NCBI RefSeq assembly: GCF_046105845.1
Contig: NZ_CP151004.1
Strand: one strand, 5' to 3'
Source: Escherichia coli
GTDB taxonomy: Bacteria; Pseudomonadota; Gammaproteobacteria; Enterobacterales; Enterobacteriaceae
Length of the DNA stretch: 64,000 nucleotides
Each line of letters starts with the position of its first letter. Within the stretch, counting starts at the first letter, position 1. Below the pieces are notes generated by a model, which was given only the letters and a program-made list of their open reading frames with translations, ran no database searches and was not told the DNA's origin. The position numbers and the translations under genes were made by a program. Positions 1 to 12,688 of the stretch are shown here, in pieces.

Positions 1-265
1 TGCACCGACGGCAATCAGTAACAAACTGATGGCGACGCTGCGACGTTCGCTGACATGCTGATGAAGCCAGCTTCCGGCCAGCGCCAGCCCGCCCATGGTG
101 ACCACCGGCAGAGCGGTCAACAGGGCTGCCACGCTAAAGCTCATTCCACTCGCCTGACGCAATTGCGGTAGCAGTGGTCCGACGGAGGTGAGCAGTGGTC
201 GCATATTAAGACCAATCAGCACCAGAACCAGCAGCATCGTGAACGTCTTTTGATGGTTACGCATG
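1..265 (-). CDS. cynX: Cyanate transporter CynX, MFS family (N-terminal part; gene runs off the window start)
   Basis: Minus-strand ATG at 263-265 directly after the cynS stop; hand translation MRNHQKTFTMLLVLVLIGLNMRPLL... is hydrophobic and membrane-like; position downstream of cynT-cynS fits the cynTSX operon. Not in ORF track because it has no in-window stop. Confidence 0.75.
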
Positions 266-269
266 GCTG

Positions 270-758
<489 letters not shown>

Positions 759-770
759 TTAAAAATAAGG

Positions 771-1430
771 TTACGCTGCGGCCGATTGGCGTAGCGGTAT
801 GGCACAAACGCGAGGATTAGCTGCCAGTGGTACGAACTGGCGGGTTGCGCCGTCAAAGGCTGCGATGCTGCCGCTTTCAATGTCGTAGACCCAGCCGTGC
901 AGGGCGATCCGCCCCTCTTCGAGCGCCAGGCGCACCGATGGATGAGTTTGCAAATTAGCCAACTGAGCAATGACGTTTTCACGTACCATCGCCGCAGCTT
1001 TTGACGGTAAATCGGGATGCGGGCGCGCCTCATTAACGACGCGGGCTGAATCGGCATAACGCAGCCAGTGGGAGACGGCAGGCATATGGTCCATGCACTG
1101 ACAGCTGGCAATGGCGGTCATTGCGCCACAGTTGGAATGACCGCAAATCACAATGTCAGATACCCGAAGCGCAGCGACGGCATACTCCACCGAAGCAGAA
1201 ACGCCACCGGGTTCCGGCCCGTAGGAAGGGACAATATTGCCCGCGTTGCGAATAACGAACAGATCGCCAGGCTCACGTTGCGTCACCAGCTCAGGGACCA
1301 GACGGCTGTCGGAGCAGGAGATAAAAAGTGTGCGCGGGCTTTGCTGTGTCGCCAGCTGTTTAAACAAGGCTTCCCGCTTCGGAAATGCCTCGCGCTGGAA
1401 TTTAAGGAATCCATCAATAATCTCTTTCAC
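771..1430 (-). CDS. cynT: Carbonic anhydrase CynT (beta class)
   Basis: 219 aa ORF with GTG start; beta-carbonic anhydrase motifs (CSDSR, HxxCG); adjacent to cynS. Confidence 0.93.
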   Translation of the reverse strand: MKEIIDGFLKFQREAFPKREALFKQLATQQSPRTLFISCSDSRLVPELVTQREPGDLFVIRNAGNIVPSYGPEPGGVSASVEYAVAALRVSDIVICGHSNCGAMTAIASCQCMDHMPAVSHWLRYADSARVVNEARPHPDLPSKAAAMVRENVIAQLANLQTHPSVRLALEEGRIALHGWVYDIESGSIAAFDGATRQFVPLAANPRVCAIPLRQSAAA

Positions 1431-1539
1431 CGTTAACCTCTGTCTGTCTCTGGAATGAGAGGCAGACTACTCGCCGATTGTCATAAGGTAAAAGTCTCAT
1501 TTATGATGAGTTCTATTGGATTTACTTATAGGTTGGCGA

Positions 1540-2439
1540 ATGCTCTCTCGACATATCAATTATTTTCTTGCCGTGGCTGAACATGGCAGCTTTACCCGTG
1601 CCGCCAGTGCGTTGCACGTCTCCCAGCCTGCGCTTTCCCAGCAGATTCGCCAGTTAGAGGAGAGTTTAGGCGTGCCGCTGTTTGACCGTAGCGGGCGAAC
1701 TATTCGTCTCACTGATGCAGGAGAAGTCTGGCGACAGTACGCCAGCCGGGCGTTACAGGAACTGGGGGCGGGTAAACGGGCGATTCATGATGTTGCCGAT
1801 CTGACGCGAGGATCGCTGCGTATCGCCGTCACTCCCACCTTTACAAGCTACTTTATCGGCCCTTTAATGGCAGATTTCTATGCGCGCTACCCCGGCATCA
1901 CGCTCCAGCTACAGGAAATGTCGCAGGAGAAAATCGAAGATCTGCTTTGCCGCGACGAGCTGGACGTTGGGATTGCCTTCGCGCCTGTGCATTCGCCGGA
2001 GCTGGAGGCAATTCCTTTACTGACAGAAAGTTTAGCGTTAGTCGTGGCGCAACATCATCCGCTGGCTGACCATGAACAGGTGGCGTTAAGTCGCTTGCAT
2101 GATGAAAAACTGGTCCTGCTCAGCGCGGAATTTGCCACCAGAGAGCAAATTGACCACTACTGCGAGAAAGCGGGGCTACATCCACAGGTGGTCATTGAGG
2201 CGAACTCAATTAGCGCGGTTCTGGAGCTGATTCGCCGCACTTCCCTTTCCACATTGTTACCAGCAGCGATTGTCACACAACATGACGGGCTTAAAGCTAT
2301 TTCTCTTGCCCCGCCACTACTGGAGAGAACGGCGGTTTTGTTGCGGCGGAAAAATAGCTGGCAGACAGCCGCCGCGAAGGCATTTTTGCACATGGCGTTG
2401 GAGGAATGTGCGGATGTTGGCGGGCATGAATCACGGTAG
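1540..2439 (+). CDS. cynR: LysR-family transcriptional regulator CynR
   Basis: ORF track starts at a TTG (1516); first ATG at 1540 gives 299 aa [22 protein letters not shown]... with an N-terminal LysR HTH; divergent from cynT. Confidence 0.9.
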   Translation: MLSRHINYFLAVAEHGSFTRAASALHVSQPALSQQIRQLEESLGVPLFDRSGRTIRLTDAGEVWRQYASRALQELGAGKRAIHDVADLTRGSLRIAVTPTFTSYFIGPLMADFYARYPGITLQLQEMSQEKIEDLLCRDELDVGIAFAPVHSPELEAIPLLTESLALVVAQHHPLADHEQVALSRLHDEKLVLLSAEFATREQIDHYCEKAGLHPQVVIEANSISAVLELIRRTSLSTLLPAAIVTQHDGLKAISLAPPLLERTAVLLRRKNSWQTAAAKAFLHMALEECADVGGHESR

Positions 2440-2460
2440 CCACTGACACAGGTCAGTGGC
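2439..2460. terminator. Hairpin between convergent cynR and codA (candidate bidirectional terminator)
   Basis: Perfect inverted repeat GCCACTGAC-ACAG-GTCAGTGGC at 2439-2460 in the 39 bp gap between convergent genes. Confidence 0.4.
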
Positions 2461-2478
2461 TCTTCAACGCAGAGGAAA

Positions 2479-3762
2479 TTACCGTTTGTAATCGATGGCT
2501 TCTGGCTGCTCCAGATATACGGTGGTTTGTGCTGGTTGGGTGCTGGCAATCACCTTACCGCCACGTACCGAATAGCGCACCGGAACCTGACGGCGCAGCG
2601 CGTCAAACCCATTTTCAGCCGGCAGGATAATCAGGTTGGCGCTGTTTCCGGCGGCAATGCCGTAATCCTGCAAATTCAACGTCCTGGCACTGTGGTGGGT
2701 GATTAAATTCAGGCCATCGTTAATCTGCCCGTAGCCCATCAGCTGGCAAACATGCAGCCCCATATGCAGCACTTGCAGCATATTCGCCGTTCCCAGCGGA
2801 TACCACGGATCGAAGACATCATCGTGACCAAAGCAGACGTTAATGCCGGACTCCAGCATCTCTTTAACGCGCGTGATGCCGCGACGTTTTGGATAGGTAT
2901 CGAAACGTCCTTGTAGATGAATATTGACCAACGGGTTGGCGACAAAGTTAATACCGGACATTTTCAGCAAGCGGAACAGGCGTGAGGTATACGCCCCGTT
3001 ATAGGAGTGCATTGCCGTGGTGTGGCTGGCGGTGACTCGCGCGCCCATGCCTTCACGGTGCGCCAGGGCTGCAACGGTTTCGACAAAGCGCGACTGTTCG
3101 TCATCGATCTCATCACAGTGAACGTCGATGAGACGGTCGTATTTTTGCGCCAGGGCGAAGGTTTTATGCAGCGACTCCACGCCGTATTCACGGGTAAATT
3201 CAAAATGCGGAATCGCCCCCACTACATCTGCCCCTAAGCGTAACGCCTCTTCCAGCAACGCTTCACCGTTGGGATACGACAAAATCCCTTCCTGCGGGAA
3301 GGCGACGATTTGCAGATCAATCCACGGCGCGACTTCCTGCTTCACTTCCAGCATTGCTTTCAGCGCAGTCAGCGTTGCGTCCGAAACATCGACATGGGTA
3401 CGCACATGCTGAATGCCGTTGGCAATCTGCCATTTCAGCGTTTGCCAGGCGCGTTGTTTCACATCGTCATGGGTTAATAACGCTTTGCGCTCGGCCCAGC
3501 GTTCAATGCCTTCAAACAGCGTGCCGGACTGATTCCAGTTCGGTTGTCCGGCGGTTTGCGTGGTGTCCAGGTGAATATGCGGCTCCACAAACGGCGGTAT
3601 AACTAAACCTTGTTCGGCATCCAGGCTGTTTTCAGTTATGGGCATCACCCCGGATTGCGCATCAATGGCGCTGATTTTTCCGTCCAGCAGATGAATCTGC
3701 CACAGCCCCTCTTTGCCGGGTAACCGGGCGTTAATAATTGTCTGTAAAGCGTTATTCGACAC
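2479..3762 (-). CDS. codA: Cytosine deaminase
   Basis: ORF track gives 432 aa from an upstream near-cognate codon; recognised CodA begins at the GTG encoding [16 protein letters not shown]... (427 aa); amidohydrolase metal-binding HxH motif (PHIHLD). Confidence 0.92.
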   Translation of the reverse strand: MSNNALQTIINARLPGKEGLWQIHLLDGKISAIDAQSGVMPITENSLDAEQGLVIPPFVEPHIHLDTTQTAGQPNWNQSGTLFEGIERWAERKALLTHDDVKQRAWQTLKWQIANGIQHVRTHVDVSDATLTALKAMLEVKQEVAPWIDLQIVAFPQEGILSYPNGEALLEEALRLGADVVGAIPHFEFTREYGVESLHKTFALAQKYDRLIDVHCDEIDDEQSRFVETVAALAHREGMGARVTASHTTAMHSYNGAYTSRLFRLLKMSGINFVANPLVNIHLQGRFDTYPKRRGITRVKEMLESGINVCFGHDDVFDPWYPLGTANMLQVLHMGLHVCQLMGYGQINDGLNLITHHSARTLNLQDYGIAAGNSANLIILPAENGFDALRRQVPVRYSVRGGKVIASTQPAQTTVYLEQPEAIDYKR

Positions 3763-5011
3763 TGTTAGCCTCCACATGCGTCATTGCTGCTGTCGTTTTG
3801 CGATTCAAAATCGGGTTAAGGATCAGATAGCTCAGCGCGCCACCTAATACCGCGTTGACCGGAACAATACCCGGTAACCAGTGGCCTGCGGCAATCCCCA
3901 GCGCGACCGCCAGAATCGCCACCCAATTGACACTCATCATACGCGTGGTCGCAAAGTGCTCATAGCGGCGACGGTTCATCAGATAGTCAGCGATGATCAC
4001 GCCCCCTACCGGAGGAATAGCTGCCGAAAGGAAGGTCAGCCAGCCGACAAAATTGTTATACAGCCATAATGCGCAGACCGTACCGATAATACCGTTGATT
4101 ACCGAAAGGGTTTTGCTCGACATACCAGTAATGTTGGCGAAACCTAAGCCCGACGCATAGAGCGCGTTATCGTTGGTGGTCCAGATATTCAGCCCCAGCA
4201 CCACAATCGCAGGCAGCAGCAGACCCTGAGCAATCATCACATCAGAGATATCCGCCATCCCCAGTGCCGCCGCGCCCGCTGCACCGAAAATAAACATCAA
4301 CGAGTTGCCGAGGAAAAAGGCCACCATCGCCACCAGCACCGCCAGTTTGGCATTACGACCAAACCGGACAAAGTCAGCGGTGAGCGTGCCCGCACTGATA
4401 AATGACCCCACAACCAGCGCCAGCGCGACATTGAAATCTAACGGTTGTGCGGGAACGACCGCTTTTAATGCGTCCAGGCCGCCCATGCCGTTAACGGCCA
4501 ACCACACGGAATAACCGCCAAGACAGGCGATAGCCGGAACTGCAATCACCGAAAGAACCATCAGCGCCGAAATGCCAAAGAAGACGGTGACGGTCATCAG
4601 TAAACCGGAGACGGCAATCAGCAAATTAATATCCAGCCCGGTTGCCTTGCCCACCGGAATGGCAAACATCGCCACGCCAACGCCAAACCAGCCAACCTGG
4701 GTGCCGCCCAGCAGCAGTGAAGGCAGCCATGAGCCTTTAACACCAAAAGAGAAGCGAGCAAGAAGATGAGTGGTCAGGCCGGTTTTTGCGCCAATGTAAC
4801 CAAGAAATGAAGTGTAAATACCGAGGAGAAGATTACCGATGAGGACTGCGAGGAAGAAATCATGATAGCTAAGACCGGTTCCGAGAGTGCCGCCGGTCCA
4901 CATACTGGCGGAAAAGAAGGTTAATCCCAGCATGACGAACGTCAATGCCAATACCCCTTTCCGCGCCGACTGCGGGACTGGCCCTTGGCTAAAGTTGTTA
5001 TCTTGCGACAC
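3752..5011 (-). CDS. codB: Cytosine permease (NCS1 family)
   Basis: 419 aa polytopic membrane protein with GTG start, overlapping the codA start by 11 bp; recognised as CodB. Confidence 0.93.
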   Translation of the reverse strand: MSQDNNFSQGPVPQSARKGVLALTFVMLGLTFFSASMWTGGTLGTGLSYHDFFLAVLIGNLLLGIYTSFLGYIGAKTGLTTHLLARFSFGVKGSWLPSLLLGGTQVGWFGVGVAMFAIPVGKATGLDINLLIAVSGLLMTVTVFFGISALMVLSVIAVPAIACLGGYSVWLAVNGMGGLDALKAVVPAQPLDFNVALALVVGSFISAGTLTADFVRFGRNAKLAVLVAMVAFFLGNSLMFIFGAAGAAALGMADISDVMIAQGLLLPAIVVLGLNIWTTNDNALYASGLGFANITGMSSKTLSVINGIIGTVCALWLYNNFVGWLTFLSAAIPPVGGVIIADYLMNRRRYEHFATTRMMSVNWVAILAVALGIAAGHWLPGIVPVNAVLGGALSYLILNPILNRKTTAAMTHVEANSVE

Positions 5012-5077
5012 GAAATTCCCCCTTTTTGCTGTCTGAAACCCAAAAAATCCGCCGCATTCTATTCATCTGAAGATAAA

Positions 5078-5093
5078 AAGCAATCGTTTTCGT
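5078..5093 (-). promoter_or_regulatory. PurR-box-like operator upstream of codBA
   Basis: AAGCAATCGTTTTCGT resembles the PurR consensus (GCAAACGTTTNCGT-like palindrome), about 70-80 bp upstream of the codB start; codBA is known to be purine-repressed. Confidence 0.4.
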
Positions 5094-5177
5094 AGGGAAA
5101 TATATTTTTTATATGAATGAGTGCAAAAAGGTGGGGGAAAAATTATCGGTGTAAAAACAGTGGGTAGCCATAATAAG

Positions 5178-5245
5178 ACGCGGTAAGCGTCGCATCAGGC
5201 ATCGGCGCATGGTGTCGGATGCGCCAGGCGACGCATCCGACAATA
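5178..5245. repeat. REP-type palindromic units (BIME-like) between prpE 3' end and the codB promoter
   Basis: Two GC-rich imperfect palindromes: GACGCGGTAAGCGTCGCATCAGGCAT and GTCGGATGCG-CCAGGC-GACGCATCCGAC; these resemble E. coli REP consensus sequences. Confidence 0.5.
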
Positions 5246-5247
5246 AC

Positions 5248-7134
5248 CTACTCTTCCATCGCCTGGCGGATCTGATCCAACGACGCAGGATCATCAATGG
5301 TCGTCAGATCCCCAGGATCGCGTCCTTCACAAATCGCCTGGATCGTGCGGCGCAGCATTTTTCCGGATCGCGTTTTCGGCAATTGCGAGACAAACCAGAC
5401 GTGCGCCGGGCGACCAAAGTTGCCAATCTGGCTGTCCACCAGCGCCATAATCGCCTTCTCTTGCGAATGCGCCACCTCGCGGTCTTCCAGACTGTCGCTC
5501 TCTTTCGGAATGACAAACGCCACCGCCACCTGCCCTTTCAGCGCATCTTTCACCCCAACCACCGCCACTTCGGCAACGCCCGGATGACTGGAGATACTCT
5601 CTTCAATCTCGCGCGTCCCCAGCCGATGCCCGGCAACGTTAATCACATCGTCAGTGCGCCCGAGAATAAAGTGATAACCGTCAGCATCGCGGATACCCCA
5701 GTCAAAAGTGGCGTACACCGGACGGGAAAACAGCGACCAGTACGTCTTCACAAAGCGGTCGTCGTCGCCCCAGATGGTCTGAATACAGCCCGGCGGCAGC
5801 GGCCCTTCTACCACCAGCATCCCTTTCTCGTTGACGCCACACGGTTCGCCGGTGACTTCATTAAGCAACTGCACGTTATAGCCATACATCGGCACGCCGG
5901 GGCTTCCCAGACGCGTCGGCCTGTCGTCCAGACCGCGAGCAATCGCCATAATCGGCCAGCCGGATTCGGTCTGCCAGTAGTTGTCGATGACCGGCACATC
6001 CAGCGTATTGCTCACCCAACTGGCGGTCGGCTCGTCCAGCGGTTCTCCAGCCAGATAGAGCACTTCCAGCGACGAGAGATCGTGTTTGCGAATTTCAGCG
6101 GTAGGGAATTTTTTCAGCACGCGTATGGCGGTCGGCGCTGAGAACATGCGGCTAACCTGATATTTCTCGACGATTTTCCACCACACGCCGCAGTCCGGCC
6201 AGGTCGGTAATCCTTCGTAAACGATAGTCGCCATCCCCGCCAGCAGCGGCGCGTAGACGATATACGAATGCCCCACCACCCAGCCGATATCCGAAGCACA
6301 AAAGAACACACCGCCCGCTTTGCCGCCAAAAATGGTGTCCATCGAGGTCGCCAGCGCCACCGCATATCCGCCGACGTCACGCTGCACGCCTTTAGGTTTG
6401 CCGGTCGTGCCGGAAGTGTAGAGAATGCAGGAGGTTTCGTTGGATTCCAGCCACGCCACTGGCACCCGCGCGCCGATGTGTTGATGGCGCAACGACGCGA
6501 AATCGACATCCCGCCCGCTGACGCGCGCCATTTTCGCCAGCCCGCGATCCACCAGTAAAACGTGGCGCGGCTGATGCTGCGCCTGACTTATCGCATCGTC
6601 GAGTAATTTTTTATAGGGAATGATTTTGCCACCGCGCGCTCCGGCATCAGCCGAGACAATCAGCACCGGTTTAGCGTCATCAATTCGCGCCGCCACGCTG
6701 TGCGAGGCAAATCCCCCAAACACCACCGAATGAATAGCGCCAATGCGCGCGCAGGCCAGCAGGGTAATATGCGCTTCGGCAATCATCGGCATATACACCA
6801 GCACCCGATCGCCACGCTGCACGCCCAATGAACGCAACATTGAGGCCACCGCGTTCACTTCGTCATGCAGCTGACGAAAGGTAAAGGTGCGCTCTTCTTC
6901 TGTTTCCGAAGAGACGGCAATCAGCGCCAGCGCCTCTGGCTGTTTCTCCAGCCAGCGGTCGATAGCGTTGTGGCACAAGTTGGTTCGGCCTTCACAAAAC
7001 CAACGGGCAAACGGCGGATTGCTGTGATCAAGCGTTTGCGTAAAGGGCGTCTGCCAGTCAATACGCCGGGCCTGCTCGGCCCAGAACTTCTCCGGTTCGT
7101 TAATCGAACGCTGATAAAATTCGCTAAAAGACAT
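5248..7134 (-). CDS. prpE: Propionyl-CoA synthetase
   Basis: 628 aa acyl-CoA synthetase (AMP-forming) with ATG start; last gene of prpBCDE. Confidence 0.95.
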   Translation of the reverse strand: MSFSEFYQRSINEPEKFWAEQARRIDWQTPFTQTLDHSNPPFARWFCEGRTNLCHNAIDRWLEKQPEALALIAVSSETEEERTFTFRQLHDEVNAVASMLRSLGVQRGDRVLVYMPMIAEAHITLLACARIGAIHSVVFGGFASHSVAARIDDAKPVLIVSADAGARGGKIIPYKKLLDDAISQAQHQPRHVLLVDRGLAKMARVSGRDVDFASLRHQHIGARVPVAWLESNETSCILYTSGTTGKPKGVQRDVGGYAVALATSMDTIFGGKAGGVFFCASDIGWVVGHSYIVYAPLLAGMATIVYEGLPTWPDCGVWWKIVEKYQVSRMFSAPTAIRVLKKFPTAEIRKHDLSSLEVLYLAGEPLDEPTASWVSNTLDVPVIDNYWQTESGWPIMAIARGLDDRPTRLGSPGVPMYGYNVQLLNEVTGEPCGVNEKGMLVVEGPLPPGCIQTIWGDDDRFVKTYWSLFSRPVYATFDWGIRDADGYHFILGRTDDVINVAGHRLGTREIEESISSHPGVAEVAVVGVKDALKGQVAVAFVIPKESDSLEDREVAHSQEKAIMALVDSQIGNFGRPAHVWFVSQLPKTRSGKMLRRTIQAICEGRDPGDLTTIDDPASLDQIRQAMEE

Positions 7135-7173
7135 AATGCTCTCCTGTTGAACTTACGCCTTACCGCTGTTTGC

Positions 7174-8625
7174 TTAAATGACGTACAGGTCGAGATACTC
7201 ATTGACCGGCATCTGTTCCAGGCGAGTTCTGTCGAGAGAAACCTCCAGAATGCGCTGCTGTTGGCGAGTCGGGAACTGGCGCGCGAGATTGATTTTGAAT
7301 TTATCGACCAGTTTCGGAATACCATCCTGACGGCGGCGAGCATGACCAATGGGGTACTCCACCACCACTTCTTCAAATCGTGTGCCGTCGGTGAACTCAA
7401 GGGTAATGGCATTGGCGATGGCACGTTTTTCCGGGTCGTGGTAGTCAGCGGTAAATGCCGGATCTTCAAAGCAATTGATCTTCTCGCGCAGGGCGTCGAT
7501 GCGTTTATCTTGCGCAACGTTGTCCTCGTAATCTGCCGCCGTTAAGCGTCCGAACAGCAGCGGGATCGCCACCATGTACTGAATGCAGTGATCGCGGTCT
7601 GCCGGGTTATTGAGCGGTCCTTTTTTGTCGATGATGCGAATACAGGCTTCGTGGGTGCGAATGGTCACTTTTTCGATATCTGCCGCCGTTTTGCCTGCTG
7701 CCTGCATCTGTTCATAGAGCGTCATCGCTGCTTCAACTGCCGTCTGGGAGTGGAACTCCGCCGGGAAGGAGATTTTGAACAGCACATTTTCCATCACGTA
7801 AGAACCGTACGGGCGCTGGAAGCGGAACGATTCACCTTTGAAGGAGACGTCGTAGAAGCCCCACACAGGCGCAGTCAGGGCTGACGGGTAACCCATTTCG
7901 CCCGTTTTCGCCATCAGTGCCAGACGTACCGCGCGGGAAGTGGCATCGCCCGCCGCCCAGGATTTACGCGTGCCGGTGTTCGGCGCATGGCGATAGGTGC
8001 GCAACGACTGACCGTCCACCCACGCCAGCGAAACGGCGTTGAGGATTTCCTCGCGGGTCAGGCCGAGCATTTCTGCAACCACGGCGGTGGAAGCCACTTT
8101 CACTAACAGAACGTGGTCGAGGCCGACGCGGTTAAAGGAGTTTTCCAGCGCGATGCAGCCCTGTATTTCATGGGCTTTGATCATTCCGGTCAGCACCTGT
8201 TTCATGGTCAACGGCGCTTTGCCGCTGGCGACCGCGTTGCGCGAAAGCCAGTCCGCCGTTGCCAGAATGCCACCGAGGTTGTCGGAAGGATGGCCCCACT
8301 CCGCCGCCAGCCAGGTATCGTTGAAATCGAGCCAGCGGATCATCGCGCCGATGTTAAATGCCGCCTGGACGGGGTCGAGCTGGAACTGAGTTCCGGGGAC
8401 GCGCACGCCGTTAGGTACGACGGTGCCAGGAACAATTGGCCCCAGCAGTTTTTTACAGGCCGGGTATTCGAGAGCTTCCAGACCGCAGCCGAGCGTGTCG
8501 AGCAGGCAGTAATGTGCGGTCTCGTAGGCCACTCTGGAGCTGATTTCGTAGTTCATCACGTAATCGACGATATCAACGATTTCACGATCAAATTCCGGGC
8601 GGATGTTATTGATTTGAGCTGACAT
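7174..8625 (-). CDS. prpD: 2-methylcitrate dehydratase
   Basis: 483 aa MmgE/PrpD family ORF with ATG start; operon context. Confidence 0.95.
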   Translation of the reverse strand: MSAQINNIRPEFDREIVDIVDYVMNYEISSRVAYETAHYCLLDTLGCGLEALEYPACKKLLGPIVPGTVVPNGVRVPGTQFQLDPVQAAFNIGAMIRWLDFNDTWLAAEWGHPSDNLGGILATADWLSRNAVASGKAPLTMKQVLTGMIKAHEIQGCIALENSFNRVGLDHVLLVKVASTAVVAEMLGLTREEILNAVSLAWVDGQSLRTYRHAPNTGTRKSWAAGDATSRAVRLALMAKTGEMGYPSALTAPVWGFYDVSFKGESFRFQRPYGSYVMENVLFKISFPAEFHSQTAVEAAMTLYEQMQAAGKTAADIEKVTIRTHEACIRIIDKKGPLNNPADRDHCIQYMVAIPLLFGRLTAADYEDNVAQDKRIDALREKINCFEDPAFTADYHDPEKRAIANAITLEFTDGTRFEEVVVEYPIGHARRRQDGIPKLVDKFKINLARQFPTRQQQRILEVSLDRTRLEQMPVNEYLDLYVI

Positions 8626-8658
8626 TGGGTACGTTTCCTTATTGTTATTCGTAGAGGT

Positions 8659-9828
8659 TTACTGGCGCTTATCCAGCGCGACAAACTGGCGGTCTTCCGG
8701 TCCAACATAATTGGCGGAAGGACGGATAATTTTGTTGTCCTGACGTTGTTCGATAATGTGCGCCGCCCAGCCGGTGACGCGGGCGATAACAAACAGTGGT
8801 GTGAACATCTCGGTGGGAACGCCCATCATGTTGTAGGAAACAGCGGAGAACCAGTCGAGATTGGGGAACATCTTTTTGCTCTCCCACATCACCGTTTCCA
8901 GGCGATCGGCGATGTTGTACATCTTCAGCGAGCCGCCTTCCTGCGAGAGCTGCTTCGCCACACGTTTGATCACCTGATGACGCGGGTCGGCGATGGTATA
9001 AACCGGATGACCAAAACCAATGACCACTTCTTTGTTTTCCACCCGCTTGCGGATATCGGCTTCGGCTTCGTCCGGCGTTTCGTAGCGTTGCTGGATCTCC
9101 AGCGACACTTCATTCGCCCCGCCGTGCTTCGGCCCGCGCAGTGCACCAATCGCGCCAATAATCGCGGAATACATATCAGAGCCGGTGCCCGCAATCACCC
9201 GGCTGGTAAAGGTGGAGGCGTTAAACTCGTGTTCGGCGTACAGCACCAGCGAAATATGCATCGCCTTTTCCCAGCTTTGCGACGGCTTTTCGCCATGCAG
9301 CAGATGCAGGAAGTGACCGCCGATGGAGTCGTCATCGGTTTCCGGCTGAATGCGTTCGCCGTTGTGGCTGTAGTGATACCAGTAGAGAAGAATCGAGCTA
9401 AGTGACGCCAGCAGTTTGTCGGCAATATCCCGCGCGCCAGAGACGGTATGCCCCTCTTTTTCTGGCAGCGTGCAGCCGAGCGCGGAAACGCCGGTGCGCA
9501 TAACATCCATCGGGTGCGACGCCGCCGGTAAGGCTTCCAGCACGGTACGCACGTTAGCCGGTAAACCGCGCAGGGCTTTCAGTTTCGTTTTGTAGGCGGC
9601 GAGTTCGTCACGGGTCGGCAGTTTGCCGTGGATCAGCAGGTGCGCCACTTCTTCAAATTCGCAATGTTCCGCCAGATCAAGAATATCGTAGCCGCGGTAA
9701 TGCAGGTCGTTGCCGCTTTTACCCACGGTGCAGAGCGCCGTATTGCCCGCCGGAACGCCGGATAGTGCCACAGATTTTTTCGGTTTAATGACATGGGTAC
9801 TGTTTTGCAGGATCGTTGTGTCGCTCAT
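8659..9828 (-). CDS. prpC: 2-methylcitrate synthase
   Basis: 389 aa citrate-synthase-family ORF with ATG start. Confidence 0.95.
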   Translation of the reverse strand: MSDTTILQNSTHVIKPKKSVALSGVPAGNTALCTVGKSGNDLHYRGYDILDLAEHCEFEEVAHLLIHGKLPTRDELAAYKTKLKALRGLPANVRTVLEALPAASHPMDVMRTGVSALGCTLPEKEGHTVSGARDIADKLLASLSSILLYWYHYSHNGERIQPETDDDSIGGHFLHLLHGEKPSQSWEKAMHISLVLYAEHEFNASTFTSRVIAGTGSDMYSAIIGAIGALRGPKHGGANEVSLEIQQRYETPDEAEADIRKRVENKEVVIGFGHPVYTIADPRHQVIKRVAKQLSQEGGSLKMYNIADRLETVMWESKKMFPNLDWFSAVSYNMMGVPTEMFTPLFVIARVTGWAAHIIEQRQDNKIIRPSANYVGPEDRQFVALDKRQ

Positions 9829-9872
9829 GTTGTCCTCGTCATTTGTAGGGTCGAGATATTTTTCGTTGTGTT

Positions 9873-10763
9873 TTATTTCGCCTGGCTACGGGCAAACAGG
9901 TCGTCGAGCTTCTCTTCGTACTGGTAGTAGTTGATGCTTTCGTACAGCTCGTTGCGGGTTTGCATGGTGTCGATGACGCTTTTCTGCGTGCCTTCCTGGC
10001 GCAGGACGTTGTAGACATGTTCGGCGGCGCGGTTCATGGCGCGAAACGCTGAAAGCGGGTACAGCGCCATTGCAACATGGGCACTGCGTAATTCATCGGT
10101 AGTAAACAGCGGTGTTGCGCCAAATTCGGTAATGTTGGCGAGGATCGGCACCTGCACCGCATCGGCAAACTGGCGGTACATGGCGAGTTCGGTAATCGCC
10201 TCCGGGAACAACATCTCGGCACCCGCTTCAACATAGGCCTGCGCACGCTCAATCGCCGCATCCAGCCCCTCTACCGCCAGCGCATCGGTGCGCGCCATGA
10301 TCACAAAATCAGGATCGGTTTTCGCATCCACCGCCGCGCGGATCCGATCCACCATCTCCTCTTTCGAGACGATCGCTTTGTTCGGACGATGACCGCAGCG
10401 TTTCGCACCAACCTGATCTTCAACATGCAATCCTGCCGCACCGGCTTTAATCATCGATTTCACGGTGCGCGCCACGTTAAAGGCCGAAGAACCAAAACCG
10501 ATATCCGCATCCACCAGCAGCGGCAGCGAACAAACGTCGGTGATACGGCGAATATCTGTCAGCACGTCATCAAGAGTAGAAATACCGAGATCCGGCAGCC
10601 CCAGCGAACCTGCTGCCACGCCACCGCCGGAAAGATAAATCGCCTGATATCCGGCACGCTGCGCCAGAAGCGCATGGTTAGCGTTGATGGTGCCGACAAT
10701 CTGCAATGGATTTTCTTTAGTCAGTGCAGCGCGAAACGCTTTACCTGGAGAGTGTAGAGACAT
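9873..10763 (-). CDS. prpB: 2-methylisocitrate lyase
   Basis: 296 aa isocitrate lyase/PEP mutase family ORF with ATG start. Confidence 0.95.
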   Translation of the reverse strand: MSLHSPGKAFRAALTKENPLQIVGTINANHALLAQRAGYQAIYLSGGGVAAGSLGLPDLGISTLDDVLTDIRRITDVCSLPLLVDADIGFGSSAFNVARTVKSMIKAGAAGLHVEDQVGAKRCGHRPNKAIVSKEEMVDRIRAAVDAKTDPDFVIMARTDALAVEGLDAAIERAQAYVEAGAEMLFPEAITELAMYRQFADAVQVPILANITEFGATPLFTTDELRSAHVAMALYPLSAFRAMNRAAEHVYNVLRQEGTQKSVIDTMQTRNELYESINYYQYEEKLDDLFARSQAK

Positions 10764-10810
10764 AGCCCATCCTTTGTTATCAACTTGTTATTTGCGTTGA
10801 TAAAGACAAA

Positions 10811-10826
10811 GCAAGGGGTGTGCCAC
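10811..10826 (-). promoter_or_regulatory. Sigma-54 (-24/-12) promoter of prpBCDE
   Basis: Minus-strand reading TGGCAC-ACCCC-TTGC (reverse complement of plus 10811-10826) matches the sigma-54 consensus TGGCAC-N5-TTGC, about 50 bp upstream of the prpB start; the divergent prpR encodes a sigma-54 activator (GAFTGA-type AAA+ domain). Confidence 0.6.
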
Positions 10827-11001
10827 AATTGCCTTAATAAAATTAAATGTTTAATTTCAATTTGTTAGCAATATAGTCATGAAGTAATCCGCAAATATGC
10901 GTTTCAGTTAACGTTTCAGGCAATGTTTCACCGCGTTTCATTGCAACAATTATGAAACAAGACTAAACCCAATATTCGGTTTCTTAACTTTGCGGTGCGC
11001 T

Positions 11002-12588
11002 ATGGCACATCCACCACGGCTGAATGACGACAAACCGGTTATCTGGACGGTATCTGTAACGCGCCTGTTCGAGCTGTTTCGCGATATCAGCCTCGAGTTT
11101 GATCACCTGGCGAATATCACCCCTATTCAGCTTGGCTTTGAAAAAGCGGTGACCTACATCCGCAAAAAACTGGCAAACGAACGGTGCGACGCCATCATCG
11201 CTGCTGGCTCTAACGGCGCATATCTTAAAAGTCGCCTGTCAGTGCCGGTTATTTTGATTAAACCGAGCGGCTACGATGTGTTACAGGCACTGGCAAAAGC
11301 CGGAAAGCTCACCTCTTCTATCGGCGTTGTCACTTATCAGGAAACTATTCCGGCGCTGGTGGCGTTTCAAAAAACCTTTAATTTGCGCCTCGACCAACGT
11401 AGCTACATTACCGAAGAAGACGCGCGCGGGCAGATTAACGAGCTGAAAGCTAACGGCACCGAAGCGGTGGTCGGCGCGGGGCTGATTACCGATTTGGCAG
11501 AAGAAGCCGGAATGACCGGAATTTTTATCTATTCCGCCGCCACCGTGCGCCAGGCATTCAGCGATGCGCTGGATATGACGCGCATGTCGTTACGCCATAA
11601 CACTCACGATGCCACCCGTAACGCCCTGCGTACTCGTTACGTGCTGGGCGATATGCTCGGTCAATCACCACAGATGGAACAGGTGCGGCAGACTATTTTG
11701 CTGTATGCCCGCTCCAGTGCGGCGGTGTTGATTGAGGGGGAAACGGGGACGGGCAAAGAGCTGGCGGCCCAGGCGATTCATCGGGAATATTTTGCCCGCC
11801 ACGATGCGCGACAGGGCAAAAAGTCGCATCCGTTTGTTGCCGTCAACTGCGGGGCGATTGCCGAATCGCTGCTGGAAGCAGAGCTGTTTGGCTATGAGGA
11901 AGGGGCGTTTACCGGCTCGCGACGCGGAGGACGCGCCGGACTGTTCGAAATTGCCCACGGCGGCACGCTGTTTCTTGACGAGATAGGCGAAATGCCTCTG
12001 CCATTGCAGACTCGGCTGTTACGAGTGCTGGAAGAAAAAGAGGTCACTCGCGTCGGCGGGCATCAGCCTGTTCCGGTGGATGTGCGGGTCATTAGCGCCA
12101 CTCACTGCAATCTGGAAGAAGATATGCGGCAAGGGCAGTTTCGCCGTGACCTGTTTTATCGGCTGAGTATTTTGCGTCTGCAATTACCGCCACTGCGTGA
12201 GCGAGTGGCGGATATTCTGCCACTGGCGGAAAGCTTTTTGAAAGTGTCTCTGGCTGCGCTCTCCGCCCCGTTTTCTGCCGCCTTACGCCAGGGGTTACAG
12301 GCAAGCGAAACCGTGCTGGTGCACTACGACTGGCCGGGCAATATTCGAGAACTGCGCAATATGATGGAGCGACTGGCGCTGTTTTTAAGTGTGGAACCGA
12401 CGCCGGATTTAACGCCGCAATTTTTGCAGCTGCTACTGCCGGAGCTGGCGCGCGAGTCGGCGAAAATTCCCGCTCCACGCTTACTGACACCACAACAGGC
12501 ACTGGAGAAATTTAAAGGCGATAAAACAGCAGCGGCGAATTATTTAGGCATAAGCCGGACGACGTTCTGGCGGCGGCTGAAAAACTGA
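11002..12588 (+). CDS. prpR: Sigma-54-dependent transcriptional activator of the prp operon
   Basis: ORF track start 10990 is an upstream extension; ATG at 11002 gives 528 aa [15 protein letters not shown]...; AAA+ sigma-54 interaction domain ([26 protein letters not shown]) and C-terminal Fis-type HTH. Confidence 0.93.
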   Translation: MAHPPRLNDDKPVIWTVSVTRLFELFRDISLEFDHLANITPIQLGFEKAVTYIRKKLANERCDAIIAAGSNGAYLKSRLSVPVILIKPSGYDVLQALAKAGKLTSSIGVVTYQETIPALVAFQKTFNLRLDQRSYITEEDARGQINELKANGTEAVVGAGLITDLAEEAGMTGIFIYSAATVRQAFSDALDMTRMSLRHNTHDATRNALRTRYVLGDMLGQSPQMEQVRQTILLYARSSAAVLIEGETGTGKELAAQAIHREYFARHDARQGKKSHPFVAVNCGAIAESLLEAELFGYEEGAFTGSRRGGRAGLFEIAHGGTLFLDEIGEMPLPLQTRLLRVLEEKEVTRVGGHQPVPVDVRVISATHCNLEEDMRQGQFRRDLFYRLSILRLQLPPLRERVADILPLAESFLKVSLAALSAPFSAALRQGLQASETVLVHYDWPGNIRELRNMMERLALFLSVEPTPDLTPQFLQLLLPELARESAKIPAPRLLTPQQALEKFKGDKTAAANYLGISRTTFWRRLKN

Positions 12589-12688
12589 ACTGCCGAATGC
12601 AGCGCGAACGCTTTATCCGGCATAAATTTCAATAGATGATGATCACCGATAAACTTACGCATCGGGGATGTTTACATAGGTTTCAGAA

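Noticed and set aside
1516-1539. Upstream extensions of ORF-track starts (for example cynR 1516, prpR 10990, yahI 24564, ykgG 46921, rclR 50351, betA 36939, autotransporter 42347)
   Set aside because: The track initiates at the first near-cognate codon (TTG/GTG/CTG) after a stop. Recognised protein N-termini, ATG codons and Shine-Dalgarno spacing support the shorter starts given in the feature list.
5209-6141. 310 aa plus-strand ORF antisense to prpE (and similar long antisense frames at 6865-7545, 8113-8622, 8746-9405, 22954-23727, 25400-25894, 26381-27058 and 43691-44671)
   Set aside because: Each lies entirely inside a well-supported gene on the opposite strand. Translations are Arg/Pro/His-rich low-complexity sequences typical of antisense frames of GC-rich genes, with no recognisable domains or ribosome-binding sites.
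12595-12630. REP-like fragment (GCGCGAACGCTTTATCCGGCAT) after prpR
   Set aside because: Only a partial resemblance to REP consensus could be seen by eye; too degenerate to annotate without alignment.
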